Assembly (NCBI GenBank): GCA_009392915.1
Contig: CP045477.1
Coordinates: forward strand, 608,001 to 672,000
Length of the DNA: 64,000 bases
Direction of reading: 5' to 3'
From: Candidatus Forterrea multitransposorum CG_2015-17_Forterrea_25_41
GTDB lineage: Archaea; Iainarchaeota; Iainarchaeia; Iainarchaeales; CSSED10-239
The translations under genes and the position numbers were made by a program. The first letter of the stretch is position 1. The number at the start of each line of letters is the position of its first letter. The notes below the pieces were generated by a model. That model worked only from the letters and a program-made list of their open reading frames with translations. It searched no databases and was not told where the DNA came from. Shown here in pieces: positions 19,934 through 29,271 of this stretch.

Positions 19934-20725
19934 TTAATCTTCAAACAATTCTGAATCTATTAAATATTCTTTCTTTTGTTTTTTAGGTTTTATTACAGAA
20001 TTTTTAATAACAAAATTTTTAATAGATTTTTCAAGAGTATCTCTAAAGATTAAAATAATAGATAATAAAATAATAAATATAATTATTAAATAATAAAAAA
20101 TATTTGAATCACTTGACCCAACAAGTACAAAACTTGGTTTTGGAGGTTTTTTTTCATAAATTAAAACTTTTATTTGGTTTGTTGAAAAACTATTCCAGTA
20201 AAGAGTATTATCAACAATCTCTGCTTTAGGGTTTGTATCTCTAAAAACTAAAGGATCGTAGACTTTTATAGATAATTTTGAATTAGAAGGAATTACATAA
20301 AGATTATTAACAATTAAACTTCTAAATAAATTTTCATTAAACTTCCAAAGAATATCATCTTCTGTTTCATAGAAATTTTCTAATATTAAATCAGATATTT
20401 CATAATTAATATTTATTTGATCTTTTGTTTCATCAAAAATAATAGAAACATTTGAAAAATCATTTAAATAAATATTAGGTTTTAATCTTGGATCAATTTC
20501 TTCAAATTTATCAAGATCTATATTTGCAGCAATTATTTGGTTTTTAAAATTAACTTTATCATTATAGATATAAGGGTTATAAGATACATCCCAAACTTCT
20601 TTAATAATTGCCTTATCTGGACTTTTAATATCAATAGTTATATTAAAATTAGTAATTTCTGCAGAATAAACAGTAGAGGCAAATAAAAAAATTAAGAAAA
20701 ATATTAATAATTGTTTATATTTCAT
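19934..20725 (-). CDS. Secreted hypothetical protein with C-terminal TM anchor
   Basis: N-terminal signal peptide and C-terminal hydrophobic helix. Confidence 0.35.
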   Translation of the reverse strand: MKYKQLLIFFLIFLFASTVYSAEITNFNITIDIKSPDKAIIKEVWDVSYNPYIYNDKVNFKNQIIAANIDLDKFEEIDPRLKPNIYLNDFSNVSIIFDETKDQININYEISDLILENFYETEDDILWKFNENLFRSLIVNNLYVIPSNSKLSIKVYDPLVFRDTNPKAEIVDNTLYWNSFSTNQIKVLIYEKKPPKPSFVLVGSSDSNIFYYLIIIFIILLSIILIFRDTLEKSIKNFVIKNSVIKPKKQKKEYLIDSELFED

Positions 20726-20859
20726 TTTAATAATCTACTCTTTATTTTTTAAATTGGTTTAATGTTTATTTACTAATATTAAACTAATCTATATAATATA
20801 TTGTAGAAATAAGTTTATATACCTTTTTAATATTGTAAATAAAAGTAAAAGAGTAATAT

Positions 20860-21891
20860 TTAAAAGATCCTATCAAAACCATTTATTTCAAAAACATAAA
20901 TTAATAAATTATAAGAATTAGCATAATTTGCATACCCTAAAAAAGAAAAAAGAGAAGAATTAAAATTAATTAAAGAAATTTTTTTAGAATTTAATAAAAG
21001 ATTATTAAGTTTTTGTCTTTTTATAAATCTCTTAACATTTGATTTTCTTAGTTTTACTTTAGTTGGGTAAATTTTATAACCTAAAAAATCAACCCCTTTA
21101 TCTACTAAATTAATATAAGTTTTGTTTTTAGGAATTGTAAGTAACAAATTATTTTTTAAAAATAATTTAATTTTTCTTCTGAAAATACTTAACTCTTGTT
21201 TAGAATTTGAAAATATTAAAAAATCATCAACATACCTATAATAGTGTTTGATTTTTAAAGTATGCTTAATATATTGATCAAGCTCATTTAAATAGATATT
21301 TGCAAAAAGTTGAGAAGTTAAATTACCAATAGGAATTCCTTTTTTATTATTTAAAAACGAAAAAGAATAACTATCTATTATTTTATATATTATAACCAAT
21401 AATTGCTTGTCTTTAATTCTTTTTTTTATAATATATTTTAAAACCTCTTTTTCAATAGAAGGAAAATATTTTTTAACGTCTTGTTTTAAGTAATATTTAG
21501 GAGATTTTTTAGATTGAACTAATTTTTTTATTTCTAAAAAACCTTTAAAAGTACCTTTTCCTTTTCTACATGCAAAAGAATTATTTATAAAAGTTTTATC
21601 AAAGATAGGCTCAATAATATTTATAATTGCATGTTGAACAACGACATCTCTAAAACAAGGAGCACTAATAATTCTTTCTTTAGGTTCATATACCTTAAAA
21701 TTTCTATATGGAGAAAAATTAAAATTACCAGAAATTAATTCTTCTTGTATTAAAAATAATTCTTTTTCAAGATTTTGAGTAAATTTTAAAATATATTTCT
21801 TATTAGGATTTGATTTTCTGGCACGTTTATATGCATTATAAATGTTTTTAAAAGAAGTAAATTCTTCCCAAAGATTATTATATGATTTCAT
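20860..21891 (-). CDS. DGR-type reverse transcriptase
   Basis: RT motifs including catalytic YVDD (YRYVDDFLIFS) and the DGR-specific motif-4 signature IGNLTSQ. Lies directly downstream of the template repeat. Confidence 0.88.
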   Translation of the reverse strand: MKSYNNLWEEFTSFKNIYNAYKRARKSNPNKKYILKFTQNLEKELFLIQEELISGNFNFSPYRNFKVYEPKERIISAPCFRDVVVQHAIINIIEPIFDKTFINNSFACRKGKGTFKGFLEIKKLVQSKKSPKYYLKQDVKKYFPSIEKEVLKYIIKKRIKDKQLLVIIYKIIDSYSFSFLNNKKGIPIGNLTSQLFANIYLNELDQYIKHTLKIKHYYRYVDDFLIFSNSKQELSIFRRKIKLFLKNNLLLTIPKNKTYINLVDKGVDFLGYKIYPTKVKLRKSNVKRFIKRQKLNNLLLNSKKISLINFNSSLFSFLGYANYANSYNLLIYVFEINGFDRIF

Positions 21892-22124
21892 TTTTTATAG
21901 AACCTATTAAAAATTAAAAGTTATTACAGATTTCTTTAATCTAATAAAATTAAAATACTAAATGTAATAACTTATTTTTATATTCGATTTTTAAAACATA
22001 AAAACAAAAATGTTTTTATGGCATACCTTATATGCAATCAGGAAACATTTTACAGATGTAGTTTTTAGAATATACACTTTGCATATTTTAAAAAATAAAA
22101 ATAAATATACAAACTCTGATAAAA

Positions 22125-22146
22125 CCTTATTTCTTTAAAAATAAGG
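22125..22146 (-). other. Stem-loop abutting the 3' end of the DGR template repeat
   Basis: ccttattt-ctttaaa-aataagg gives a perfect 8-bp inverted repeat, 2 nt from the TR boundary. Confidence 0.4.
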
Positions 22147-22148
22147 AG

Positions 22149-22269
22149 AAACTACTGAACACAGCGCAGGCCGATGTTGTTGTTCCGGTTCCCAGGAGTA
22201 TTGTTCAAGTTCAAGTTCAAGACCCCTGCATTAGTTCCATTGTTCCAGTTACCACCGCGCAGGAAAGAA
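22149..22269 (-). repeat. DGR template repeat (TR)
   Basis: 121-nt GC-rich repeat, 101/121 identical to the 3' end of the target gene. On the gene strand every mismatch is an A in this copy, including repeated AAC codons. Not inside an ORF. Confidence 0.88.
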
Positions 22270-22345
22270 ACGACTCCTTTTTCTGTAAAAGCCCTATTCT
22301 TTTTATAACTAAAAAGAACAAAATAAATAATTATTAGAAAAGTTT

Positions 22346-22675
22346 TTATAAATTATGCTTTAAAAGCCCCCCAATTAATTTACCTAAATCATTTAGTTTT
22401 TTAGAAATAACTTCATATTTTTTAAAAGAAATAATTTTTAGATCAAAAGAGAGCCTCACATATATTTTTAAAAGTTCTAAATCAGTATCAATTTGATTTA
22501 AAGTATTAATTTTATGTTTTGAAAAAAGAATAGTATTAGATAATAAAGAAATAGTAGTTTTTTTCAAATCTTCTCCTAAAATATATTTGTCAGATTTAGG
22601 AAATTTTTTAATTTCAGGATAAATATAAAGTAAAAAGTTATATGTTTCTTTATATAACTTTAAATCAAATAACAT
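22346..22675 (-). CDS. avd: Avd (DGR accessory variability determinant); four-helix-bundle family
   Basis: 109 aa basic protein. KLYKETYNFLLYIYPEIKKFPKSDKYILGEDL...LNDLGKLIGGLLKH matches the Avd/23S-IVS four-helix-bundle pattern. Located between target gene and TR. Confidence 0.7.
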   Translation of the reverse strand: MLFDLKLYKETYNFLLYIYPEIKKFPKSDKYILGEDLKKTTISLLSNTILFSKHKINTLNQIDTDLELLKIYVRLSFDLKIISFKKYEVISKKLNDLGKLIGGLLKHNL

Positions 22676-22685
22676 ATTATAAACA

Positions 22686-23093
22686 CTATTTTTTATTTTC
22701 TTCTATTTTTTTTATAAGTCCATTAAAATATTTAATTTTTTCTTCAAATTGATTATAAAAAAAAAGAATTTTATCTTTAGATAAATCTTTATTAATTTCA
22801 CTTAATATAAGTAAATTTGATTGAGTTGTAGAAACACAATCTCTTGAATAAGAATAAAGTAATGATTTTTCATTAGAATGATATTTATTATATCCTTTTG
22901 ATAAAAAAGAAAGAATATTTATTAAATTTGAAATAGTTTCTTGAAAAATAAAATTATCATTTATAGATGATTTATTTTCTTCTAAAAATTTATAAGTATT
23001 AATAACTAAAGGAAAGAGTTCTTTGTAAACCCCAAAATTTAAAATTCCTCTTTCTATATTTACTAAACTCATAACAACCATATTTTTGTCCAA
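22686..23093 (-). CDS. Hypothetical protein inside the DGR cassette (possible second accessory factor)
   Basis: 135 aa ORF, co-oriented, between the target gene and avd. No recognisable motif. Confidence 0.35.
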   Translation of the reverse strand: MDKNMVVMSLVNIERGILNFGVYKELFPLVINTYKFLEENKSSINDNFIFQETISNLINILSFLSKGYNKYHSNEKSLLYSYSRDCVSTTQSNLLILSEINKDLSKDKILFFYNQFEEKIKYFNGLIKKIEENKK

Positions 23094-23267
23094 TATATAT
23101 TGTGATTTATTAAAACCACTTTAATTGAGTAGCAAATTTTTTTGTAAAAAACAAAAAAATTTGCAAAAGCAAAAAACATTTGCTTTCTCTTTTGCCAATT
23201 TATTTTTTTCTTTTTTCACTTTTATTTTTTATTTTTTTGCACAAACTCAATCTTGAAGCATTGTTTT

Positions 23268-23309
23268 TCGCGACGTTACCCGTCTTACCGTCTTGCCGTC
23301 TCACCCGTC
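23268..23309 (-). repeat. GC-rich tandem direct repeats 3' of the VR
   Basis: Four imperfect tandem copies of (a/g)(c)ccgtct(t/c) (gene strand GACGGNNA) in an otherwise AT-rich intergenic region, ~34 nt downstream of the target-gene stop. Confidence 0.4.
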
Positions 23310-23342
23310 AAAATACAATATTCTCGAAATACATTTTTTCAA

Positions 23343-23463
23343 AAACTACTGAACACAGCGCAGGCCGACGACGCTGCCCCGGCCCCCAGGAGTAAAGTTC
23401 AAGCGCAAGCCCAAGACCCCCGCATTAGTTCCACTGCCCCAGCCACCACCGCGCAGGAAAGAA
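23343..23463 (-). repeat. DGR variable repeat (VR) at the 3' end of the target gene
   Basis: 121-nt copy of the TR with 20 substitutions, all at TR-adenine positions (A to G/C/T on the gene strand). Spans the final 39 codons plus stop of ORF 23346-24707. Confidence 0.88.
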
Positions 23464-24707
23464 TATACAGTAGTAGAAGTATCTCCAAAATCACTATAAG
23501 TGTAAATTCTACCAACACCATTATCTGCTGCATTATAATTATTACTTGTAAGTAAAAATAAATCTTTATACTCTAAAGTGGTATTACCTAAATTATCAGA
23601 AGAAATGTATTGGGCTTCTCCACCACCTTTTGAATAATCAAAATAATCAAAACCAGTAGTAAAGTTACTATCATCAGCATTGTTAAAACCATCAGGTTGG
23701 TCTTTTCTTTGGATAGTGTCACTTGTCCATTGCCAAACATTACCAGCTAAGTCCCAAATTACTTCACCGTTTGTTAAAGTTAAGGTTCTTTTTGTAGTGC
23801 CAGAAAGTTCATCAAAACCTTCCATAGCACCAGAAGAAGAAGAATTACCACGTGGAAGATAACCTTCTCCAACAACTCCAGTTGACCAGTTTGAAGGTAC
23901 TTGTTCAATGTTTCTTGCAATGGTCATCCATTCGTCATTTGTTATTAAATGTCCACCTACTGCAGCACAAGCTGCAATAGCTTCGGTTTGGGAAATTCTT
24001 GCTATTGGAGAACCTTCTGGAGTTGATACTAAAGTGCCTGGAGTAGGACATAATTCATAACTATAAGTATTATAGGTTAAAGAACCAGTATTACAATCTG
24101 GATAATCAGCTACAAGGTTTCCTTTACCATCTCCATTTGCATCCATTTTCATTTCATATTTTGAAACACAAAAACCACCACGCTCATTCATGGTTCCATA
24201 TAAATGGTTTCCTGGAACTGGAACATAGCCTTCTGGACAAGAAAGAGGAGTTTTTACGGTTTGAAAAAGATCAGGTTTAGTTATCATTTGAGAATTGTCT
24301 AAATATAAAACTAAATCTAAAGAGTCACCTAAAATACCATGATCAAGAGTAGCAGATTGATTGGAAAGAATAGTGACAGGAGGTTCTAAAGGATTAATGT
24401 TTGAATTGCCTAATAAACTATAACCGGTAATGGTAATAGAAGTATAAGGAGAACCATAAGGGGGTTTATACTCTAGAAGAGAACGACCATTGATAGAAGA
24501 TTTAATATTTAAATAAAAGCCAGTTTCTGATTCTGTATAAACTTCAATACTTGAAGCTTTAGAAAAAGAATCATTGGTAAAGCCTTTACCCCAAGAAAGA
24601 ATAATACCAATAATAGCAACAGAGACAACTATTAAAAGAATGGTGGCTATCAAAGGAGAAATACCTTTTTGAAATCTAAAACGCTGAAAAATATATTTGA
24701 AAAACAT
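23346..24707 (-). CDS. DGR target protein: pilin-like surface protein with C-terminal FGE-sulfatase/C-type-lectin-fold variable domain
   Basis: N-terminus FQKG|ISPLIATILLIVVSVAIIG is an archaeal class III (prepilin) signal. C-terminal domain has the FGE hallmark AGNVWQWTSD and ends ...RGGGWGSGTNAGVLGLRLNFTPGGRGSVVGLRCVQ, which is encoded by the VR. Confidence 0.85.
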   Translation of the reverse strand: MFFKYIFQRFRFQKGISPLIATILLIVVSVAIIGIILSWGKGFTNDSFSKASSIEVYTESETGFYLNIKSSINGRSLLEYKPPYGSPYTSITITGYSLLGNSNINPLEPPVTILSNQSATLDHGILGDSLDLVLYLDNSQMITKPDLFQTVKTPLSCPEGYVPVPGNHLYGTMNERGGFCVSKYEMKMDANGDGKGNLVADYPDCNTGSLTYNTYSYELCPTPGTLVSTPEGSPIARISQTEAIAACAAVGGHLITNDEWMTIARNIEQVPSNWSTGVVGEGYLPRGNSSSSGAMEGFDELSGTTKRTLTLTNGEVIWDLAGNVWQWTSDTIQRKDQPDGFNNADDSNFTTGFDYFDYSKGGGEAQYISSDNLGNTTLEYKDLFLLTSNNYNAADNGVGRIYTYSDFGDTSTTVYSFLRGGGWGSGTNAGVLGLRLNFTPGGRGSVVGLRCVQ

Positions 24708-24847
24708 AAGGGATCAAAATTAAAGTTAATTAAAATATAATATTATAAAAGAAGAATATATTTATAAACATAATGATTAAAGAGAAAAAAGGAAAAAAGT
24801 TAAAAAAACAATACTCTTTAAATAAAAATTGGTTTATATAATTATAT

Positions 24848-25543
24848 ATGAGTATAAGTATTAAATATCTTGGACACTCATCATTTCTGTTAACTATCGA
24901 TAAAAAGAATATTTTAACAGACCCTTTTTTTAAAAATGATTCGTTAGGAAAAATGGAAAGATTAGTCCCTTGTCATCATAAAGTTGAAGATCTTCCAAAG
25001 ATTGACTCTATTTTAATAAGTCACGAACACACAGATTCTTTCGATAAAGATTCAGTAAACTATTTATCTAAAAAATATAATCCAAAGATTATATCTCATT
25101 ACAGTATCTTGAAAGATATTGAAGGTCTTGAACATAATAAAGTTTCAATTGAAGAATATCAATCAAAAGATATCAATAACATAAATATTCAAGCTCTTCC
25201 TGCACATCACCCTGGTGCGTTTTATCCTTTAAGTTTTTTAATTAAAAACAAAAAAGGAAAAACTGTTTATTTTGCAGGAGACACTTATATGACAAAAGAC
25301 CATGACACTATAAAACCTGACATTGCACTTTTACCAATTGGTGGAAAAAGAACAATGGATCTTGGAACTGCAATTAGGGTTATGAAAAAAATGAGACCTA
25401 AGTTTGTAATTCCAATGCATTATGATACTTTTGAAGATATTAAAAGAAATCCTCAAGAATTAATCTATAGGTTTGGAAAAAACTATACAGATGTTAATAC
25501 AGTTATTTTAAATCCAGGTAAAACTTTTAAATTTAAAAATTAA
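24848..25543 (+). CDS. Metallo-beta-lactamase-fold metal-dependent hydrolase (UPF0173-like)
   Basis: N-terminus KYLGHSSFLL and His cluster ISHEHTDSFD. Confidence 0.7.
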   Translation: MSISIKYLGHSSFLLTIDKKNILTDPFFKNDSLGKMERLVPCHHKVEDLPKIDSILISHEHTDSFDKDSVNYLSKKYNPKIISHYSILKDIEGLEHNKVSIEEYQSKDINNINIQALPAHHPGAFYPLSFLIKNKKGKTVYFAGDTYMTKDHDTIKPDIALLPIGGKRTMDLGTAIRVMKKMRPKFVIPMHYDTFEDIKRNPQELIYRFGKNYTDVNTVILNPGKTFKFKN

Positions 25544-26451
25544 TAATCTTTAATTTCTAAAGAAAAAAGATCTTCTGGAAGAGAAATATTCTTTTTATTT
25601 TTTAAATTAGCTTCTAAATCTTTATATCTTGAAGACACATGAACTAAATATAGTTCTTTTGCTTTTATTTTTTTTGAAAAACTAACAACTTCTGAAAAAG
25701 AAGAATGTTTCTTAAGTTTAGCTTTTTCTTTTTCTTCATCTAAGAAAGTACACTCATGCACTAAAACATCTGGAGATTCAATAAATTTAGGATGTTTTTT
25801 TAAAACAGCAGTATCTGTAAAATATAATATTTTTTTACCTTGTTTTTTGAAAGATAAATCCATTACTTGACTTGGTTTTATAACTTTACCATCTACCTTA
25901 ATTGATTTTCCTTCTTGAAGTTTTGAAAATAAAGGTCCTTCTGGTATTTTAAGTTTAATTGCTTTTTGTTTATTAAACTTACCAATTTTATTATTTACTT
26001 TAAAACAATAACCATAAGATGGAACTGTATGATCAAGCTTTACAGAAGTAATTACTCCATTATCAATCTTTATTTTTTGATTACTTTTAATTTGTAAAAT
26101 ATTTATTTTAAAAGAAAGATTTATTCCACCAGCTTTTAAAAAATTTTCAAGAAAATTTTTATAACCAAAAGGAACATAGATGTTAAGTTCATCTTCTCTT
26201 TTTAAAAGAGACATGCTTGATAATAAACCTAAAATACCATAATAATGATCTCCATGAAAATGTGTTATAAAAATACTTTTTATTTTTTGAATACTTTGAG
26301 AAGTTTTTAAAATTTGTTGTTGAACATTTTCACTTGCATCAAAAAGATAATTACTTCCTCTATAATTAATTAATAAAGAAGTTAAGTTTCTAGATTTTGT
26401 TGGAGTAGATGCACTTGTTCCTAAAAAATAAATATTAATATTATCAGCCAT
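25540..26451 (-). CDS. rnz: Ribonuclease Z (tRNase Z, short form)
   Basis: MBL fold with HFHGDH motif (ITHFHGDHYYGILGLL) and N-terminus YFLGTSASTP. ~300 aa. Confidence 0.8.
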   Translation of the reverse strand: MADNINIYFLGTSASTPTKSRNLTSLLINYRGSNYLFDASENVQQQILKTSQSIQKIKSIFITHFHGDHYYGILGLLSSMSLLKREDELNIYVPFGYKNFLENFLKAGGINLSFKINILQIKSNQKIKIDNGVITSVKLDHTVPSYGYCFKVNNKIGKFNKQKAIKLKIPEGPLFSKLQEGKSIKVDGKVIKPSQVMDLSFKKQGKKILYFTDTAVLKKHPKFIESPDVLVHECTFLDEEKEKAKLKKHSSFSEVVSFSKKIKAKELYLVHVSSRYKDLEANLKNKKNISLPEDLFSLEIKDY

Positions 26452-26558
26452 ATAAAATATATAAAAACAAATGTATTTTAAGGATATTGATACATCTATT
26501 ATATATCATATAATATTTATATTCTAATTTTGATAAAAATAAAGAAAATTGAGAAAAT

Positions 26559-28430
26559 ATGAAAAAAGAAATTAAGATAAAAGAACTTGTATACAAAGAT
26601 ACAAGTGAAATAATAATTCCAAAAAAAACAATTGATCAAGTAATTGGTCAAGACAAATCTATAAATCTTATTAAAAAAGCAGCTTACCAAAAAAGACATA
26701 TGCTTTTGATAGGTGAACCTGGAACAGGTAAATCTATGATTGCAGCTGCTCTTGCAGAGATTCTACCTTCTTATCAATTAAAAGATATTTTATCATATCC
26801 AAATAAAGAAGATTCACATAATCCAATAATTAGAGTTGTAAATGCTGGAGAAGGTAAAAAAATTGTAGAAAATGCAAAACTACAAGCTATGAAAAATAAT
26901 AGTTCTCAAAGACTATTAAGTTTTATACTTCCAATGGCATGGCTTATTCTTTCAGTTGCTTTATGGCAATTTAAAGTTATTTCAGACACAGTTTTTGCAG
27001 CAATGCTTATTCTTTCAGGATTTATAATGATTGCAACTGCTTTAAGTTTACAAATGATGCAAAAAACAAAAGGTTTAGTTCCTAAAATATTAATAGACAA
27101 CTCTAAAAGAAAAGAAGCGCCTTTTGTGGATGCTACTGGTGCAAGAGCAGGTGCTTTACTTGGAGATGTTTTACATGATCCTCTACAATCAGGTGGTCTT
27201 GGAACTCCACCTCACTACAGAATTATTCCTGGGATGATACACAAAGCAAATGAAGGAGTTTTATTTTTAGATGAAATAGCATCTCTTTCTCCAAAATCAC
27301 AACAAGAACTTTTAACTATATTACAAGAAAAAAAATACAGTATCACTGGACAATCAGAACTTTCAAGTGGAGCTATGGTAAGAACAACACCTGCACCTTG
27401 TAATTTTATATTAGTTGCAGCTGGAAATTATCAAGATCTTGAAAAAGTTCATCCTGCTATAAGATCTAGAATTAGAGGTTCTGGTTATGAATGTCAAATG
27501 AATGTTGATATTCCAGATAATGCAGAAAACAGAAATAGAATGGCACAATTTGTTGCACAAGAAGTAATTAAAGATAAAAAAATTCCACACTTTACAAAAA
27601 ATGCTGTAGAAGAAATTATTTTTGAAGCTAGAAAAAAAGCAAATAGAAAAAATCATTTAAGTTTAAAATTAAGAGAACTTGGTGGACTTGTAAGATCTGC
27701 AGGTGACATTGCAAAAGAAAAAGGACTTAGTCTTGTAACTGAAAAAGAAGTAATGGAAGCTAAAAAACTATCTTCAACCTTAGAACAACAAATGGTTGAA
27801 AAAATGATGGAAGTTAAAAAAGAATATGACATTTATAAAACAACTGGTAAAAAAGTTGGAAGAGTAAATGGACTTGCTGTTATGGGAATGACAGAAGCAG
27901 GAATAATGCTTCCTATTGAATGTGAAGTTACATTTGCACAATCTCAAAATCAAGGAAAAGTTATAGCTACAGGAAAATTAGGAGAAATTGCAAAAGAATC
28001 TGTTGAAAATGTTTCTGCAATTTTTAAAAAATTAACTGGAAAAGATATCTCAAACTATGACATACATGTTCAATTTTTACAAACACATGGAGTTGAAGGA
28101 GACTCAGCATCAATTTCTATTGCATCAGCTGTAATTTCTGTTCTTGAAAATATACCAATTAAACAAACAATAGCAATGACAGGATCATTATCTATTAGAG
28201 GAGAAGTTTTACCTGTTGGTGGAGTTACAGGAAAGATTAATGCTGCAATTAACTCAAAGATTAAAAAAGTATTAATTCCATATACCAATAAAGAAGATGT
28301 TGTACTTTCAAAAGAAGCTCTTAAAAAAATAGAAATAATTCCTGTTAAAACAATAAAAGAAGTTATAGAGCATGCTTTTGAAGATGGTGCTAAAAAAGAA
28401 AAACTATTAAAGAGATTAAAATCTCTTTAA
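26559..28430 (+). CDS. lonB: Archaeal membrane-bound Lon protease (LonB)
   Basis: AAA+ Walker [10 protein letters not shown], two TM helices inserted into the ATPase domain, and C-terminal Ser-Lys protease domain ([21 protein letters not shown]). Confidence 0.85.
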   Translation: MKKEIKIKELVYKDTSEIIIPKKTIDQVIGQDKSINLIKKAAYQKRHMLLIGEPGTGKSMIAAALAEILPSYQLKDILSYPNKEDSHNPIIRVVNAGEGKKIVENAKLQAMKNNSSQRLLSFILPMAWLILSVALWQFKVISDTVFAAMLILSGFIMIATALSLQMMQKTKGLVPKILIDNSKRKEAPFVDATGARAGALLGDVLHDPLQSGGLGTPPHYRIIPGMIHKANEGVLFLDEIASLSPKSQQELLTILQEKKYSITGQSELSSGAMVRTTPAPCNFILVAAGNYQDLEKVHPAIRSRIRGSGYECQMNVDIPDNAENRNRMAQFVAQEVIKDKKIPHFTKNAVEEIIFEARKKANRKNHLSLKLRELGGLVRSAGDIAKEKGLSLVTEKEVMEAKKLSSTLEQQMVEKMMEVKKEYDIYKTTGKKVGRVNGLAVMGMTEAGIMLPIECEVTFAQSQNQGKVIATGKLGEIAKESVENVSAIFKKLTGKDISNYDIHVQFLQTHGVEGDSASISIASAVISVLENIPIKQTIAMTGSLSIRGEVLPVGGVTGKINAAINSKIKKVLIPYTNKEDVVLSKEALKKIEIIPVKTIKEVIEHAFEDGAKKEKLLKRLKSL

Positions 28431-28441
28431 AATTCTTTTTT

Positions 28442-29158
28442 TTAAATTAACATACTTGATAAATAGAAATTAATTTTAACCTTATTCTCTAAATAATACT
28501 CTAGATAAAGAGGAGAATCTTCTGATAACTTAATTAAAACATCAGTCTCATTATCTATTGATTTTGTAATATTTTTTAAATATGATAAAGAAAATTTAAC
28601 CATAATGTTTTTCTTAGACTTAATTTTAACTTTAGAAATTATAGTCTCGATTCTTCCTTTATCTCCTTGAGATTCAATAATAAATTTATTATTTTTTATT
28701 TTAAAAGTAACAGTTGTACCTATAAGACTTATATCTTTAAAAATTTCTTTTAAAAGATAAGCTTTTAGAGAAATTTCTGCATCATATTCAATAACAGGGA
28801 TAGAAATCTCATTATCAGAAATATCTATATAACTAATATTAAACTTTCTTTCAATTTGTCCTAAAAGATTAATCTCTAAAGAATTATCTTTTAATTCAAG
28901 TTTTAATTTATCAGAATCAAAAGATCTTGAAATAATATTATATAATTCATGAATATTTATTCCAACTAAACTAGGCTCAACTAGATAATTTTCAAAATAA
29001 GATTTATCAAAATAAAAGTCAAGTAAAAGAATCTGTGTTTTATCAACAGCTTTGATATATATTCCATCTTGTTTAAACCTTACATTAGTTTCTTGTATTA
29101 AGCTTGAGATTGACTCTAAAGCATCTTTAAAAAGTTTAGTATTTTTTGCAGTTATCAT
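28442..29158 (-). CDS. pcn: DNA polymerase sliding clamp (PCNA)
   Basis: ~238 aa with PCNA-like alternating hydrophobic pattern. Divergently adjacent to the RFC large subunit. Confidence 0.65.
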   Translation of the reverse strand: MITAKNTKLFKDALESISSLIQETNVRFKQDGIYIKAVDKTQILLLDFYFDKSYFENYLVEPSLVGINIHELYNIISRSFDSDKLKLELKDNSLEINLLGQIERKFNISYIDISDNEISIPVIEYDAEISLKAYLLKEIFKDISLIGTTVTFKIKNNKFIIESQGDKGRIETIISKVKIKSKKNIMVKFSLSYLKNITKSIDNETDVLIKLSEDSPLYLEYYLENKVKINFYLSSMLI

Positions 29159-29271
29159 ATCTAATCACACAATATAATATATATGCCCTAAGATTTATAA
29201 ACTATAATCATTTGAGTTAATAATTAATAAGAGTAATAACGTTTTTAATTACTTCCTAAATATATTATATT

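Noticed and set aside
23180-23555. Two plus-strand ORFs (71 and 100 aa) overlapping the VR and the GC-rich repeat region
   Set aside because: They lie antisense to, or partly overlap, the DGR target gene's 3' end. The GC-rich VR suppresses stop codons and generates spurious ORFs. Their products, such as ...AAPAPRSKVQAQAQ..., are low-complexity.
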